NCBI RefSeq assembly: GCF_001194135.2
Contig: NC_068981.1
Coordinates: 114,593,638-114,649,145 of the forward strand
Reading direction: 5' to 3'
Length of the DNA stretch: 55,508 nucleotides
DNA from: Octopus bimaculoides
Taxonomy: Eukaryota
Shown here piece by piece: positions 11,931-24,450 of the stretch (position 1 is the first letter of the stretch; each line of letters starts with the position of its first letter). A program made the translations under genes and the position numbers. The notes under the pieces are model-generated. The model saw only the letters and a program-made list of their open reading frames with translations, had not been told where the DNA came from and made no database searches.

Positions 11931-12176
11931 AAAACACAATATCTTGTCTGTGTAAAGGTGCCTAAAATAATTTTTTTTTTTTTTTTTTAATCAAGATGTG
12001 GTTAATATTTAATTAAGTAGCTGATGATGCATTGTTTGTGAAAGATGTCAAAGATCAAGAGTATATAACATGAAATTAATGTTGATACTGATATTTTTAT
12101 GTGGCTTTCCATTTGAAATAAAACTCCAACTAATTGTTTTATTTAATTGTATTTCTTTTTTTTTCTTTTTTTATAG

Positions 12177-12330
12177 TGATCTTCTACAGAATCCACTTCT
12201 TGTACCTGTTAAAGTTCTACATGGTCATGACTCAGTGAATGGTCTTGGAGTATTGGACTGCCAGTTCCACCCCACGCAACCCTGGCTCTTTTCTTCGGGT
12301 GCCGATGGCTACATTCGTTTGTACACTTAA
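12177..12330 (+). CDS. BOP1: Ribosome biogenesis protein BOP1/ERB1, terminal coding exon (last WD40 blade)
   Basis: [50 protein letters not shown] closely matches the BOP1 C-terminus (human, from memory: [18 protein letters not shown]...[28 protein letters not shown]); long poly-T tract + AG acceptor at 12175-12176, phase 2. Confidence 0.97.
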
Positions 12331-12390
12331 AGAGAATTACTTTCTACATAGATATATTTTTCATCTTTACACTTATGCAGCAATCTCCAT

Positions 12391-12396
12391 AATAAA
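12391..12396 (+). terminator. Probable BOP1 polyadenylation signal AATAAA
   Basis: First AATAAA, 60 nt after the BOP1 stop. Confidence 0.55.
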
Positions 12397-12511
12397 ACTA
12401 CTCATAACACCCAAAATAATTCTATTGTTGTAGTTTACCAACAAGTTCATCATTAGTACAGCTGTAGATGCATCACTGAAATGATGTCCATGAATTTTAC
12501 TAAAGGCTCAC

Positions 12512-12557
12512 TAGTAATGAGTTGATAGTAATGAGTTGATAGTAATGAGTTGATAGT
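12512..12557. repeat. 14-bp tandem repeat (tagtaatgagttga) x3
   Basis: Three perfect copies directly visible. Confidence 0.95.
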
Positions 12558-12618
12558 GAACTGATTAACAAACTTAATGCTTAAGTTGATGCTAATATAC
12601 TGTGTATAGTTTGTTTGT

Positions 12619-12804
12619 TTAACCCCATAGCATTAAGTCTAATTTAACAAATGTAATGCTTATTTAAAATTAGTCATGAAGTAGTTGTTTATTTGTAGAA
12701 TGACATTGTAGGGTAGATGTGAGAGGCTGGATCTGGCCAGTTCCAACATAAAACAGGTAGAATATTTGGGCCTGGTATGGTCAGAATCAATGCCAAAAGG
12801 TTAA
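12619..12804. mobile_element. piggyBac-like MITE
   Basis: TTAA-cccc-atagcatt ... aatgccaaaa-gg-TTAA: imperfect TIRs with TTAA at both ends, ~185 bp, non-coding. Confidence 0.65.
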
Positions 12805-13004
12805 TCTGTTTTTCTTTGTTACCAAGATTTGATGGGGAATTGATTTTTGGATAAGATTTTCTCTTGTTGCTAACCCTCACCTGGTTTCCAAAATCACAGA
12901 GCAGCCAGTCATAATATCAACATCAGTCCTGCTTTGTCTACACCATCACTAGTGAAATGAGAAGATTCAGACAGATGCACGCGTGCACACACACACACTC
13001 TCTT

Positions 13005-13035
<31 letters not shown>

Positions 13036-13099
13036 TGAATTCGTTACTAGGCATTAGTCAGTCTAAAGTGACAGTAAAGAGTGTCATGGTGCCATGCAG

Positions 13100-13440
13100 T
13101 GGGACTGAAATTTTAAGCCAAAAACTTGTGCCGGTGGCATGTGTAAAGACATTCGAGTGAGATCATGCCAGTGCCGCTAGACTGGCTCCTGTGCAAGTGG
13201 CACATAAAATACACCATTTTGAACGTGGCCGTTGCCAGTACCACCTGACTGGCCTTTGTGCTGGTGGCACGTAAAAGCACCCACTACACTCTCGGAGTGG
13301 TTGGCATGAGGAAGGGCATCCAGCTGTAGAAACTCTGCCAAATCAGAGTGGAGCCTGGTGTAGCCATCTGGTTTCTCCAGTCCTCAATTAAATCATCCAA
13401 CCCATGCTAGCATGGAAAGCAGATGATGATGATGATGATG
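13100..13440 (+). mobile_element. RTE 3'-UTR-derived element with ~3 copies of the ~58-bp unit
   Basis: Same unit and (GAT)n terminus as 10635-11012 and 29510-30000. Confidence 0.85.
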
Positions 13441-13487
13441 AATCAACATTACACTTTTAACATTGAAAATAACCATTATCTAAACCA

Positions 13488-14490
13488 TCATCATCACCAT
13501 CTAATGTTCATTCTCCATGCTGGCATGGGTTGGACAGTCTGAGAGGAACTGGCAAACGAGCTCCAATTGTTTGTTTTGAAATGGTTTCTACTGCTGGATG
13601 TTCTTAATTCCAACCATTTTACAGATTGTACAGGGTGCTTTTTATGTGACACCAGTACAGGTTCTTTTTTACATAGCATCAGCATGGGTGCTTTTCCAGC
13701 TCCTGCAGGATTACCGAGTAGCTTGCAGGACATGGACCTCTCAGTTGAGAGAGAATGAAAATGAGAGAAAATCCCATGAGCCAAGCAAGAGGTTGAACTA
13801 TTATGAAGGGACAGGGATAGCTGTCTTACTACAGAGATACTTGGCTACCCCAGTAGTATAAAGAAAGAGAGGGAGGTTTAGAGAGAAAGGCATACCCACA
13901 AGGAGCAGTGGTGGAGAATATAAGTAGTAAGAGTGTGAGAGGAATTGGAGTAGCTGGGAGTTGGGTCTGGAAGATATGTAAAGGAATGGAGAGTGTGCTG
14001 ATAGGTACATGAGGGAGAGTGGAGTGGCCTGTAGTGGGTGGTGGGTTTTGTTGGGAAGATGGGTTATGGGGGAGTTTTGCCAAAGGACAGAATTGTATGT
14101 GTGAGGGGAATGGGAGTATGGCTGCACAGGACTTCCCTGTATGTATGGTCATGATTTTACTAAGCTTGACATGTCTTCTCTAGTACAGCAAATCACCAAA
14201 AGTCTTGGTCTTTTGTCATCTCTGTGAAATTCAACCTCTGCAGATCATTTCGCACCAGTTCATTCCATGCCTTCCTGGGTCTATCCCTTACACAAGTTCC
14301 CTTCACAGTTGGAGATTGGCACTTTTTTATACTGCTGTCCCCATCCGTATGCATCACATGAGCATACTAGTACAGTCTTCTCCCTTGCATGCTATATTTG
14401 GTGCCCCTTATACCCAGTTCTTTTTCAATTTTCCTCTTAAGTCATTTACACTCTGTTGTACATGCACACTGACATTACCCATCCAGCAAA
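13488..14490 (-). mobile_element. RTE LINE 3' fragment with long 3' UTR
   Basis: Reverse-strand (GAT)n terminus at ~13490; 14200-14490 encodes the RTE C-terminus (RLVWYAHVMRMDG...GRPRKTW-like). Confidence 0.7.
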
Positions 14491-15045
14491 CCATGTTCGC
14501 TTTATGCTCCAGTTAATACTTATCAGAACTATAGTATGCTGTGGGAGATTGTTCCTTACAAGTACAGTGACAATAGTTTCAGTCATATTAAATTACATTG
14601 AAGCATAGTGAAACTGTGACTGCAAAATCTCACATTAACTGAGAAGATATAGGTTATAGTGACTTCCATGAATAACTGATTGACAAACTTCTATCTGTTA
14701 ACAGTTAAATAACCATTAGAGATGTGGGTAATTACCGTTGAGATGAAATTTCTAGATGTTGGGCCTTAAACAATATAAAGAACAATGCAAAAGACAAGCT
14801 TGAAATAAAAATATTAGAGTCCTTATCTATTGCCAGCAAGTGTGATGATAATGATAGAATTTCAGTGATAAATTGATGGCAAAAAAAGGATGTGACTAAG
14901 CTTTGTCTGAGTTGTTTGGATATTTTCTTTCGGATTTGAAATATATAAATAAATGTTGTATTTTACTGTTAGCTCATTGATTTGGAGTTCAAATCCAGCA
15001 TAGGTGTTTTTTTATAGACTAGAAAAAAAAAAGAAATTATGCACA

Positions 15046-15232
15046 TCATATTTCCTGGCATACAAGTTGAATTTTTCAGACTAAAATTTACAGCCAAAAA
15101 AGGTAGGTCAACTTATACACCAAAACAACTTTCAAGAACCAAAGATTCTATGTGAAATGCAGCAGGATTTGGAAAGCAGTGACAATGTTTGAATACTATA
15201 TTCTATATTGACTTGTATGCTGGAAAATAGTC
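15046..15232. mobile_element. pogo/Tigger-like MITE
   Basis: ~22-bp imperfect TIRs: atatttcctggcatacaagttga ... ttgacttgtatgctggaaaatag. Confidence 0.6.
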
Positions 15233-15969
15233 TTTTATGATTAAAAAAAGTACAAAATTAAATTAGCCAAAGTGATGTGGGAGGAGAAAATGAAAATTTA
15301 GAAGTTCAGATATTAGTCCTACAAGTGCAAGAAAGGTGGAGGAAATGTGTGACTGTTGGGTGAGCAGGAGTGAAAAGAATATAATAATATCAGAATGGAA
15401 GTTGAAGGAAAAGGATCTGGATAAGATGTTGAGAGAAAGGAGATGGTAATAGGTAGAGAGACAATTGACTAGAGAAAGCAAGGTCACAGCAAATAAAGAA
15501 AATAATGATTGTGTACATCGTAGAAATAGAGAACGCACACAAAACAAGAAAGCACTTTGGGTTGTTATCCTTTCAACAACCATCCAGTGTATATTTATTA
15601 TGAATTGAAAGCAACACACAGTGTATGTGTTTTATTTATACTTCGAATTTGTGGGATAGCATCATTGAAAAGCTTCCTATACATACCAAGTGTTAAAAAA
15701 AAACCCTCCCCTTGCTCACTCTCTCACTAACATTGTTTTTGTTGTCTTTTTCAAGAGTCTCTGGTTCACACTTCACAGCTGATACAATCAACTCATTAAA
15801 ATATCTCACTTGCATTCATAACTCAAAACATGTGGCACATGCTAACTTTTCATTTCCTTTGAATATTTTAGCAGCATTTAGCACATAAAAGGTCTGGACA
15901 CCTAGTAAAGCAATTCCAAAATCTTGATAGCCTTTTAAAAAATTTATACTTTACAAGAAAATATTCACA

Positions 15970-17060
15970 CTTGTATCAGGAGGATGTTGATATGAATAAA
16001 ATTCTTTGAAGAATGAGGTGTTCCAGATTGGAAGATGGTGTTTTCAAAGGAAATTGCGATGTAGAATAGAAGTGTATTTGGATGGATGGTGGTACACTTG
16101 CACTTAGTGATTCTGAAAAGAAAGCTTCTACTAATGGAAACTGCTAAATGTGGAGAATGCAAGGATGAAGGAAAGTCTTCTTAATGTGGACTCAACAGGG
16201 ACCAGCTATCTGGGTTGACAGCAGTTTGATAGACAAAGCAATTGAGGATATGAAGACTGGGAAAGCCCTTGGTACATTAGGAATAACTGCCAAGGTCCTT
16301 AAAATACCTGGTGGAGTGGGATACAGCCTAGTCACCTGTATGGCTGATCAGGTTGTCCAGAAAAGTACTATAGCCAATGACTGGTGTAGCAGCATTATAG
16401 TCAGTTTCTACAAAGATAACAGAAAATGCCTAAGAAGTAATGACAAAGGTATGAAATTTCTGGTCCAGGTCATGAAAGTTACAGAAAAGGGCTTAACTAA
16501 ATTTCTTACTATGTTCATCGTTAATGCTCAACTTACTGACAGCATCCCTGTACTAGCCATTTATCTACTAACTTCCACAGTGGCTGCTGGATGTGAGAGT
16601 GAGGGACAGTGTCGAAGGCTTTCCCATTTTGACAAATACCAAATTCAGCAATTTACTTTTGGCTAAATGCTTTTCCTGCAGTTGTTGGACCAGGTAGTGA
16701 AAGTTACAGAAAAGGTTATCCCTCAACTAATTAGGAAGAAAGTTAACCTAGATGAGATGCAGTTTGGTTTATGTTCCAGGAAGAAACACTGCTGATGCTC
16801 TCTTCCTAATAAGGCAACTGTAGAAGAAGCAAGCCTTTGACACTGTCCCTCATTCTAACATCCAGTGGTCAGTGAAAGATAAGAGTAAAATGGCTAGTGA
16901 GAGCCATTCAAGCCATGTACAGGGATGCTGTCCGTAAGGTGAGAGTTAACAATGAATATAGTAAGGCACTTAGTGTGAAAGCAGGTCACCAGGGCTCGGT
17001 TTTTAGCCCCTCATTTATTTATTATAGCCCTACAGGTAATGACAGAAGAGTTTAATCCTA
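15970..17060 (+). mobile_element. RTE LINE fragment, highly degenerate
   Basis: QGPAIWVDSSLIDKAIEDMKTGKA, NDWCSSIIV, LDQVVKV..KVIPQLIRKKVNLDEMQFG, HQGSVFSPS. Confidence 0.88.
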
Positions 17061-17319
17061 TTGTGCTGTGTTCCTAGTATAGCAGGAGTAGCCTAAATGT
17101 AACCTCTACAGGATTCCAGTTAAAGCAGTAATGAACAACACAAATAGAGAAAAAAAAAAGATAAAATGTTAAAAATAGTCAACTGATCATATTGCAGCTT
17201 TGTAGTCATTGTGTTTATGACTCTTTGTTAATAGTGTCTCCTATAGCTGTTTACTTTTGTTTTTAATTGAAAAGAAAATGAATTTTGTGTTGGACCCAGC
17301 ACTTTTCTACTCTAGAAAC

Positions 17320-17520
17320 AAGGGCTGAAATTTTGGGGGAGAGGGCCAATCGATTAGATTGACCCTAGTATGCAGCTGGTACTTAACTGATCGACCCCCC
17401 AAAGGGATGAAAGGCAAAGTCAACCTCAGGGGAGTTTGAACTCAGAATGTAAAGACAGATGAAATACCACTAAGCATTTCACCCGACGTGCTAACGTTTC
17501 TGCCAGCTCACTACCTTAGA
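17320..17520 (-). mobile_element. tRNA-headed SINE (second family)
   Basis: Minus strand: ggtagtgagctggcagaa (A-box-like) ... gagttcaaactcc (B-box-like), then gttgactttgcctttcatccc...agtaccag central block, resembling from memory the MetaSINE-type domain. Confidence 0.8.
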
Positions 17521-17899
17521 TGGACAGACTATTGAAAAGGTTGGAAGATGTAACGAAAATTTTAGAAAAAATAAAGAAGTAAATGAGTGGAAACTGAACT
17601 GGTGAGTGTGTTAAATAATAAGGGACAAAAAGAGAATGGACCCAACACTTTCCTAGAATTGGTCTTAACTAGAATAACAACAATAATGATGATAATAGCA
17701 ACAACACCCCAAATGCTGACAACAATACCAACATCATTCACACCACTACCACCAACATCAACATTATCCACAATAATGACAACAAATGGACACAACACAA
17801 GCTCTACCACCACCACTAGCAACAACAATGCCAGCAATTATAACAACAACCACGACGATAATAACACCCTACACTCTGTCTTTTATAACCCTAACAACA

Positions 17900-18720
17900 A
17901 ATCATATGACATGACAAGGATTTACCCCATAGACTTAACCTTCAACAAAAGGGTATGTATACCACTCCAGATTGACAGTGAGAGTCTATTTCTAGCAAAG
18001 GTCTCCTTAGTTAGAAATAGACTCCAACACATCTTAGACCGGTACAACAAAACCACTAAAAAACATAATGAAGGGGAGACCCACCAACTCAGTTCATCTG
18101 TTGCCAAAGGCAAAAACTGAAACAGCAAATTAGGAATACAGAATTACTGTGCTTCCCTACGGACAAGTCTGGCAGACTGTCAATTTACAGCCCACAGAAT
18201 TATGTCCAGACCATGCAACAACACATCAGTAGCATGAGAGAAGTTGCACCACAGGAACATGAAAGAGTGGAAAAACTCCTCAATGCACACATGAGAATGT
18301 GGTGCAACATACTCCAACCCAAAAAACGGGCTGCACATAATTTCCAAGTGTTCAACAATGATGTTCCTATGCTATACAGGTTACGTAAAGACCACAAACT
18401 CTACGTAAACCTCGTTATGGGATCCCCATCTCGACCAGTTTGTGGAGTGAATATCTCCAGCAATTATAGGCTTATCCTACTTCCTCTCACAGGTATTACA
18501 ACCACTCATTGAAATGTCCCCAGGTGTCTGTGAGCACAGAGTATCTCCTCAGTAGAATCAGTAGTGGCAACCACTCCAATGACCTAACAGGTTGTGTAGT
18601 GGATAGTATGAGACAATATGACGACAAAATACTATCCTCCATACTCTACCAACAATGGAGGCAACTTGGGTCAACTTGACATCCACATTTTATCCAAGCA
18701 CCTGAAGGACCCAACAAATG
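17900..18720 (+). mobile_element. Highly degenerate Penelope-like RT remnant
   Basis: EKLLNAHMRMW...PMLYRLRKDHK...GSPSRPVCG matches the PLE RT domain 1-2 pattern (LYGLxKxHK...RPV); many stops and frameshifts. Confidence 0.6.
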
Positions 18721-18854
18721 CAGGAGTATGTCCACATAAATGAAACATCCCCAGTACCAAATAGGAAATATACGTAGTAGGTAGCTATACCTACAGTTTA
18801 TATATATATATATATAGGTAGAATAGTTAGTGAACTATGTTATGTAGATATGCA

Positions 18855-18887
<33 letters not shown>

Positions 18888-20109
18888 TATTGTATAAAGG
18901 ATCATGGGTAAGGCCAAAATAATGCAATGTAAATGCAAGGTAAATCACAAGAAAACAAATATGTGAATTAATTCAGANNNNNNNNNNNNNNNNNNNNNNN
19001 NNNNNNNNNNNNNNNNNNNNNNNNNNNNNNNNNNNNNNNNNNNNNNNNNNNNNNNNNNNNNNNNNNNNNNNNNNNNNNNNNNNNNNNNNNNNNNNNNNNN
19101 NNNNNNNNNNNNNNNNNNNNNNNNNNNNNNNNNNNNNNNNNNNNNNNNNNNNNNNNNNNNNNNNNNNNNNNNNNNNNNNNNNNNNNNNNNNNNNNNNNNN
19201 NNNNNNNNNNNNNNNNNNNNNNNNNNNNNNNNNNNNNNNNNNNNNNNNNNNNNNNNNNNNNNNNNNNNNNNNNNNNNNNNNNNNNNNNNNNNNNNNNNNN
19301 NNNNNNNNNNNNNNNNNNNNNNNNNNNNNNNNNNNNNNNNNNNNNNNNNNNNNNNNNNNNNNNNNNNTATATATACACATACATGTATATACGTATAGAT
19401 ATGAAAACAATTGCGGCATGGAAGGTGTTTATAAGCCATTTAAAAACACACAAAAACCGTTATATTCCCTTCAACATTTAAATTTAATTTGCCAAAATAT
19501 TTTTGTTGCTTTGAGACTGTGACCTGTTCACTGACAAAATTCCATGCTGGTAAACAGATAAGCAGGTACATAAGTAATATGAACAGACAAGTACACGTAT
19601 GGAGACACATCCATACATGACAGACACACATACATAGTCACAAAAATCCATACACAGACACACTCAAACATGCACACACACATATGCAAACACACAAACA
19701 CATGAATATGCAGAATACATACATACAAACGTACACACATACACATGCATACATGTGTATGCGCACGCACACTGACCCATACACGTGCACAAATAAACAA
19801 AAAGAACGCAGCTCAGATAATGGACAGAATAAATGCAAGACACAATGAAAATTTTAGTAAAAATAAAGAAGTAAATGAGTGGAAACTGAACCAGTGAGTG
19901 TGTTAAATAATAAGGCACAAAAAGATAATGACTCTCCCCAGACACAACAAAATATGCTTCAACACACAAACTCACATAAAGAATCTTGCAAACCAAAATC
20001 AATTATTGTCATTCTCCAGAATTTTTTTGTGATTCTGTCCATTAGCTTACCTGCAATCATTACTCTGAGCTGTGTATACAACTATTTACATTTTTGCCCA
20101 GGGTTACTG

Positions 20110-20465
20110 ATTACTCATGGAAGCTCCTCTGATGTCCTTGTTCTTATATCTGATTCTATAGTGGAATTAAATGACAGAGTTAACTTAGCAAAAACCTAAG
20201 TCCTAGTAAGCAGGAAAGCAGACAAATTACTAATCTTTTTCAGGAAATGGCCCTGCTTGATAGGTAGAAATTCCATACTGTTTACCCAATGCAAGCTGTG
20301 GACATACAAGAGGTGCAATGGAAGCACAGGGAGGTCAACAGAGAAAGTAGACTTTGCATGTGGCAGATGTGCAGCAACAATAAACACTAAGAACATACAG
20401 GAAATAGATTTCCTCAAATGCTCAAGTGGACCCTTAGAGGCAGTAGATAGTTTCTTTGACCTAAG
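20110..20465 (+). mobile_element. RTE LINE fragment (YADD region to Cys-rich insert)
   Basis: WKLL...VLISDS, RVNLAKT.VLVSRK, CKLWTYKRC, CGRC. Confidence 0.75.
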
Positions 20466-20624
20466 GCACAGGTGTGGCTGTGTTGTAAGTAGCTTGCTTC
20501 CCAACCACATGGTTTTGGGTTCAGTCCCACTGTGTGGTACCTTAGGAAAGTGTCTTCTACTATAGCCTCGGGCCAACCAAAGCCTTGTGAGTGGATTTGG
20601 TAGATGGAAACTGAAAGAAGCTCA

Positions 20625-20660
<36 letters not shown>

Positions 20661-20830
20661 ATATTTATGTGTGTGAGTGTGCCTTTGTGTCTGTGTTTGT
20701 CCCACAACCATCACTTGACAACTGATGTTGGTGTGTTTACCTTCTTTGTAACTTAGCAGTTTGGCAAAGAGACTGATAAAATAAGTACTAGGCTTACAAA
20801 GAATGTCCTGGAGTTGATTTTTTTTCAGCT
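20466..20830 (+). mobile_element. tRNA-derived SINE, full length, inserted in an RTE
   Basis: Head ggtgtggctgtgttgtaagtagc (A box) ... gggttcagtcccac (B box); internal (TA)n/(GT)n; tail taagtactaggcttacaaagaat. Confidence 0.85.
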
Positions 20831-20859
20831 AAAACCCCCTTTAAGGTGATGCTTAATAG

Positions 20860-21975
20860 TTAACAGTGGGATAGGATGCTCTGAAAGCATAGTCACTAGA
20901 ATAGGAATCAGCTGGGGAAATTTGGAGAGAAATCTTTGTTGATAACAAAGAGCTTCTCCTCAGAGTGAAAGGCAGATTATATGATGCTTGCGTATGAACA
21001 GCTATGCTACATGGTAGTGAAACTTGATCTATGCATGCAGAGGATATGGGAAAGCTTGAATATAATGAAGCCAACATGCTCTGCTGGGTGTGCAATGTCA
21101 GTGTATATGTATGACAATGTGTAAATGTGCTGAGAGAAAAATTGGGCAAAAGAGGCATCAGATATAGTGCACAAGAGAGGAAACTGCATTGGTGTGGTCA
21201 TGTGATGTGTATGGATGAAAACAGATACATAATGAAAGGCCCATCACAAAATGTGGCTGGATCTTGTGGAAGAGGAAGACATGAAACAGTGATGAAAAAT
21301 GGCCTTCAGATGTTGAGCACCACAGGAAATGACAACAGATTGGGATGATTGGCAATTTACTGTGCTTATGAAAACCCATTAATCTAAGTAAATATGTGGC
21401 CCTAAAGGGACATTGTTTATATCTATGCCCCTACACACAATCTGTCCTTGATAATACTCTCCCCTACAACTCACTTTCCTAATACCTCCTCCCTCAACCC
21501 ATGTTCGCCATTTACTACATTCCCCACCCCTTCTTCTCAGTTTCCTTTCATTCCAGTAAACTTACTTGCCCTCTCAGCTTATCCAATCTTCTGTACTCCT
21601 TATGTACACCCCACTGTAACTCGAGGGTATTCTCCTACACATTCTTCTTCACCATCTCCTCTACAGCAAGATGTTATTTCTATCCCTCTATCATACTCTA
21701 TATTCTCATCACCTGGCACAAAGCCACCTCCTTCAATACTAGCCCCTTCAATACTAGTTGAGGTAACTTGTCTTGCAAGTTACCTAGTTACCTTGCTGGT
21801 GCTGTACCACATAAAAAGCACCCAGTACATTCTGTAAAATAGTTGACATTAGGGAGTACACCTAGCTGTAGAAACCATGCCTAAGCACAGCCTGCTAGCT
21901 CAGCTCCTATCAAATCATCCTGTCATTGCCAGCATGGAAATGGACATTAAATTATGACAATGATGATGATGATAA
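20860..21975 (+). mobile_element. RTE LINE 3' part with pyrimidine-rich 3' UTR
   Basis: LSLRVKGRLYDACV, MLHGSET, LREKLGKRGIR...LHWCGHVM; ends gccagcatggaaatggacattaa...(GAT)n. Confidence 0.85.
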
Positions 21976-22004
21976 ATGTCACATTTGCCTTTGTGTTTTT
22001 ATTT

Positions 22005-23795
22005 TCATCATCATCATCATCGTTTAACGTCTGTTTTCCATGGGTTGGACGGTTCGACTAGGGTCTGGAAAGCCAGGAGGCAGCACCAGGCTCCAGTCTG
22101 ATCTGACAGTGTTTCTATAGCTGGATGCCCTTCCTAATGCCAAACCACTCCGTGAGTGTAGTGAGTGTCTTTTAGGTGCCACTGGCACAGGGACCAGAAA
22201 AGGCTAGAAACGGTTGTGATCGGTTGGTGCTTTTTACGTGCCACCGGCATGGAAGCCAGTCAAGGCAGCACTGGCATCAGCCACATTCAGATGGTACTTT
22301 TTACGTGCCACTGATACGGGTATCACAACTACAATTTCCATCTGATTTTCATTTTGATGTTGATGTACTTGACTCAATAGGTCTCCTCAAGCACAGCAGG
22401 TTGCCCTATGATCCAAGGTACTTTTGAATGGGCTGGGGCTGGTTATGCGAAACTGGTGTAGGATACAGCTGTGAACTCATTTTATTTGCTGGGTCTTCAC
22501 AGTCACAGCATATCTCCAGAGGTCTTTGTCTTTTGGCATTGCCTTTGTGAGGCCCAATGTTCAAAGGTCATGCTTCACTACCTCAGCCCATGTCTTCCTG
22601 GGTCTACCTCTACCCTGGATTCCTTCAACTGTTTGGGAGTGGCACTTCTTCACACAGCTCTCCTCATCCATCCATAGTACATGACCATACCAGCACAAAT
22701 GTCTCTCTTGCATGCCACATCTGATGCTTCTTATGTCCAACATTTTTCTCAGGGCGCTTACACTCTGTCGTGTGTGCACACTGACATTATACATCCAGCA
22801 GATCATGCTAGCTTCATTTCTTTCGAGCCTACGCATGTCCTCCGCNNNNNNNNNNNNNNNNNNNNNNNNNNNNNNNNNNNNNNNNNNNNNNNNNNNNNNN
22901 NNNNNNNNNNNNNNNNNNNNNNNNNNNNNNNNNNNNNNNNNNNNNNNNNNNNNNNNNNNNNNNNNNNNNNNNNNNNNNNNNNNNNNNNNNNNNNNNNNNN
23001 NNNNNNNNNNNNNNNNNNNNNNNNNNNNNNNNNNNNNNNNNNNNNNNNNNNNNNNNNNNNNNNNNNNNNNNNNNNNNNNNNNNNNNNNNNNNNNNNNNNN
23101 NNNNNNNNNNNNNNNNNNNNNNNNNNNNNNNNNNNNNNNNNNNNNNNNNNNNNNNNNNNNNNNNNNNNNNNNNNNNNNNNNNNNNNNNNNNNNNNNNNNN
23201 NNNNNNNNNNNNNNNNNNNNNNNNNNNNNNNNNNNNNNNNNNNNNNNNNNNNNNNNNNNNNNNNNNNNNNNNNNNNNNNNNNNNNNNNNNNNNNNNNNNN
23301 NNNNNNCTATGTACACCTTTTCTAAAGATCGAGCAGGGCCACCTACCACAGTGGGTGTGTGATGTATTCACCTTCCTACTTACTAGAACTTTCGTCTTTG
23401 CTACATTGACTCTAAACCTTGCTTCCATACCCAACATTTCTTCTCTAGTTCTGGTAGTGATTCCACTATGAGGGCCAGGTCATAAGCATAAGGGAGCTCC
23501 CAGGGGCAACCCATGTTGAACTCCTCTGTTATTGCCTGGAGAACTATGATGAATAAAAGAGAACTGAGGGCTGATCCTTAGTGGACCCGTACTTCTACCC
23601 AGAATTCTTCACTATACTCATTGCCAATCGTAACCTTACTAACGGCCTCTCTGTATAGGGCATGTACAGCCCTTATTAACTATTCGTCAATCCCCAGTTT
23701 CTGCATCGCTCACCAGATAAGGGATCAGGGGACCCTGTCAAAGGCTTTCTCCAAGTTCACAAAAACCAAATATAGGGGTTTATCTTTTAGCTAGA
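22005..23795 (-). mobile_element. RTE LINE (RT to 3' tail), interrupted by the gap at 22846-23306
   Basis: FVNLEKAFDRVP, GCPWELPY, RVNVAKTKVL; after the gap RRLERNEASM...GRGRPRKTWAEVVKHDL; VNTR units and (GAT)n terminus at ~22005. Confidence 0.9.
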
Positions 23796-24199
23796 TTTTT
23801 GTATGCAAATATTATCGAACTTGTTGGTGATTAGCCTCAACCCATTTTCCTGTCCACAATGATAACATGGATGACAATAAATGATGAACTATGACAGCAA
23901 ATCAGAAAGTTATCCAATTTTTATTTACATTGTTTTAGGACTCACCTTTATACATAGTGCTGCATGCAAAATTTTTATTTTCTTTGTTGCAGATGTAAAA
24001 CTGTTGAATAAAGTTTATGATCAGTATAAATGCAGACAAGTGTTTCATCAAACTAATTTTCTTTATTTGGCAAACTCAAACTACATACTATTCTTTTAGA
24101 AGTAAAATGTAAATAAAAATAATTGAATATGATATTTTTTTAAAAAATCTAGAAATATTGAAGTTTGATAATTATAAAATAATTTTACAAATAAGGGCA

Positions 24200-24450
24200 G
24201 GTAGCACGTAAAAACACCTTTTGAGCATGGTCGTTGCCAGAACCGCCTGACTGGCCTTTGTGCCAGTGGCGTGTAAAAAGCACCCACTACACTCTCGGAG
24301 TGGTTGTCATTAGGAAGGGCACCCAGCTGTAAAGACTTTGCCAGATCAGACTGAGCCTGGTGCAGCCTTCTGGCTCACAAGTCCTCAGTCAAACCATCCA
24401 ACGCATGCCAGCATGGAAAGCGGACGTTAAACGATGATGATCGTGATGAT
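24200..24450 (+). mobile_element. RTE 3'-UTR-derived element (~1.5 VNTR units)
   Basis: gcacgtaaaaacacc...cctgactggcc...gccagcatggaaagcggacgttaaacgatgatga. Confidence 0.8.

Noticed and set aside
17587-18120. 177-aa Thr/Asn-rich ORF as a mucin-like host gene
   Set aside because: Built from an (ACA/AAC)n tract running into decayed PLE sequence; no splice or homology support.
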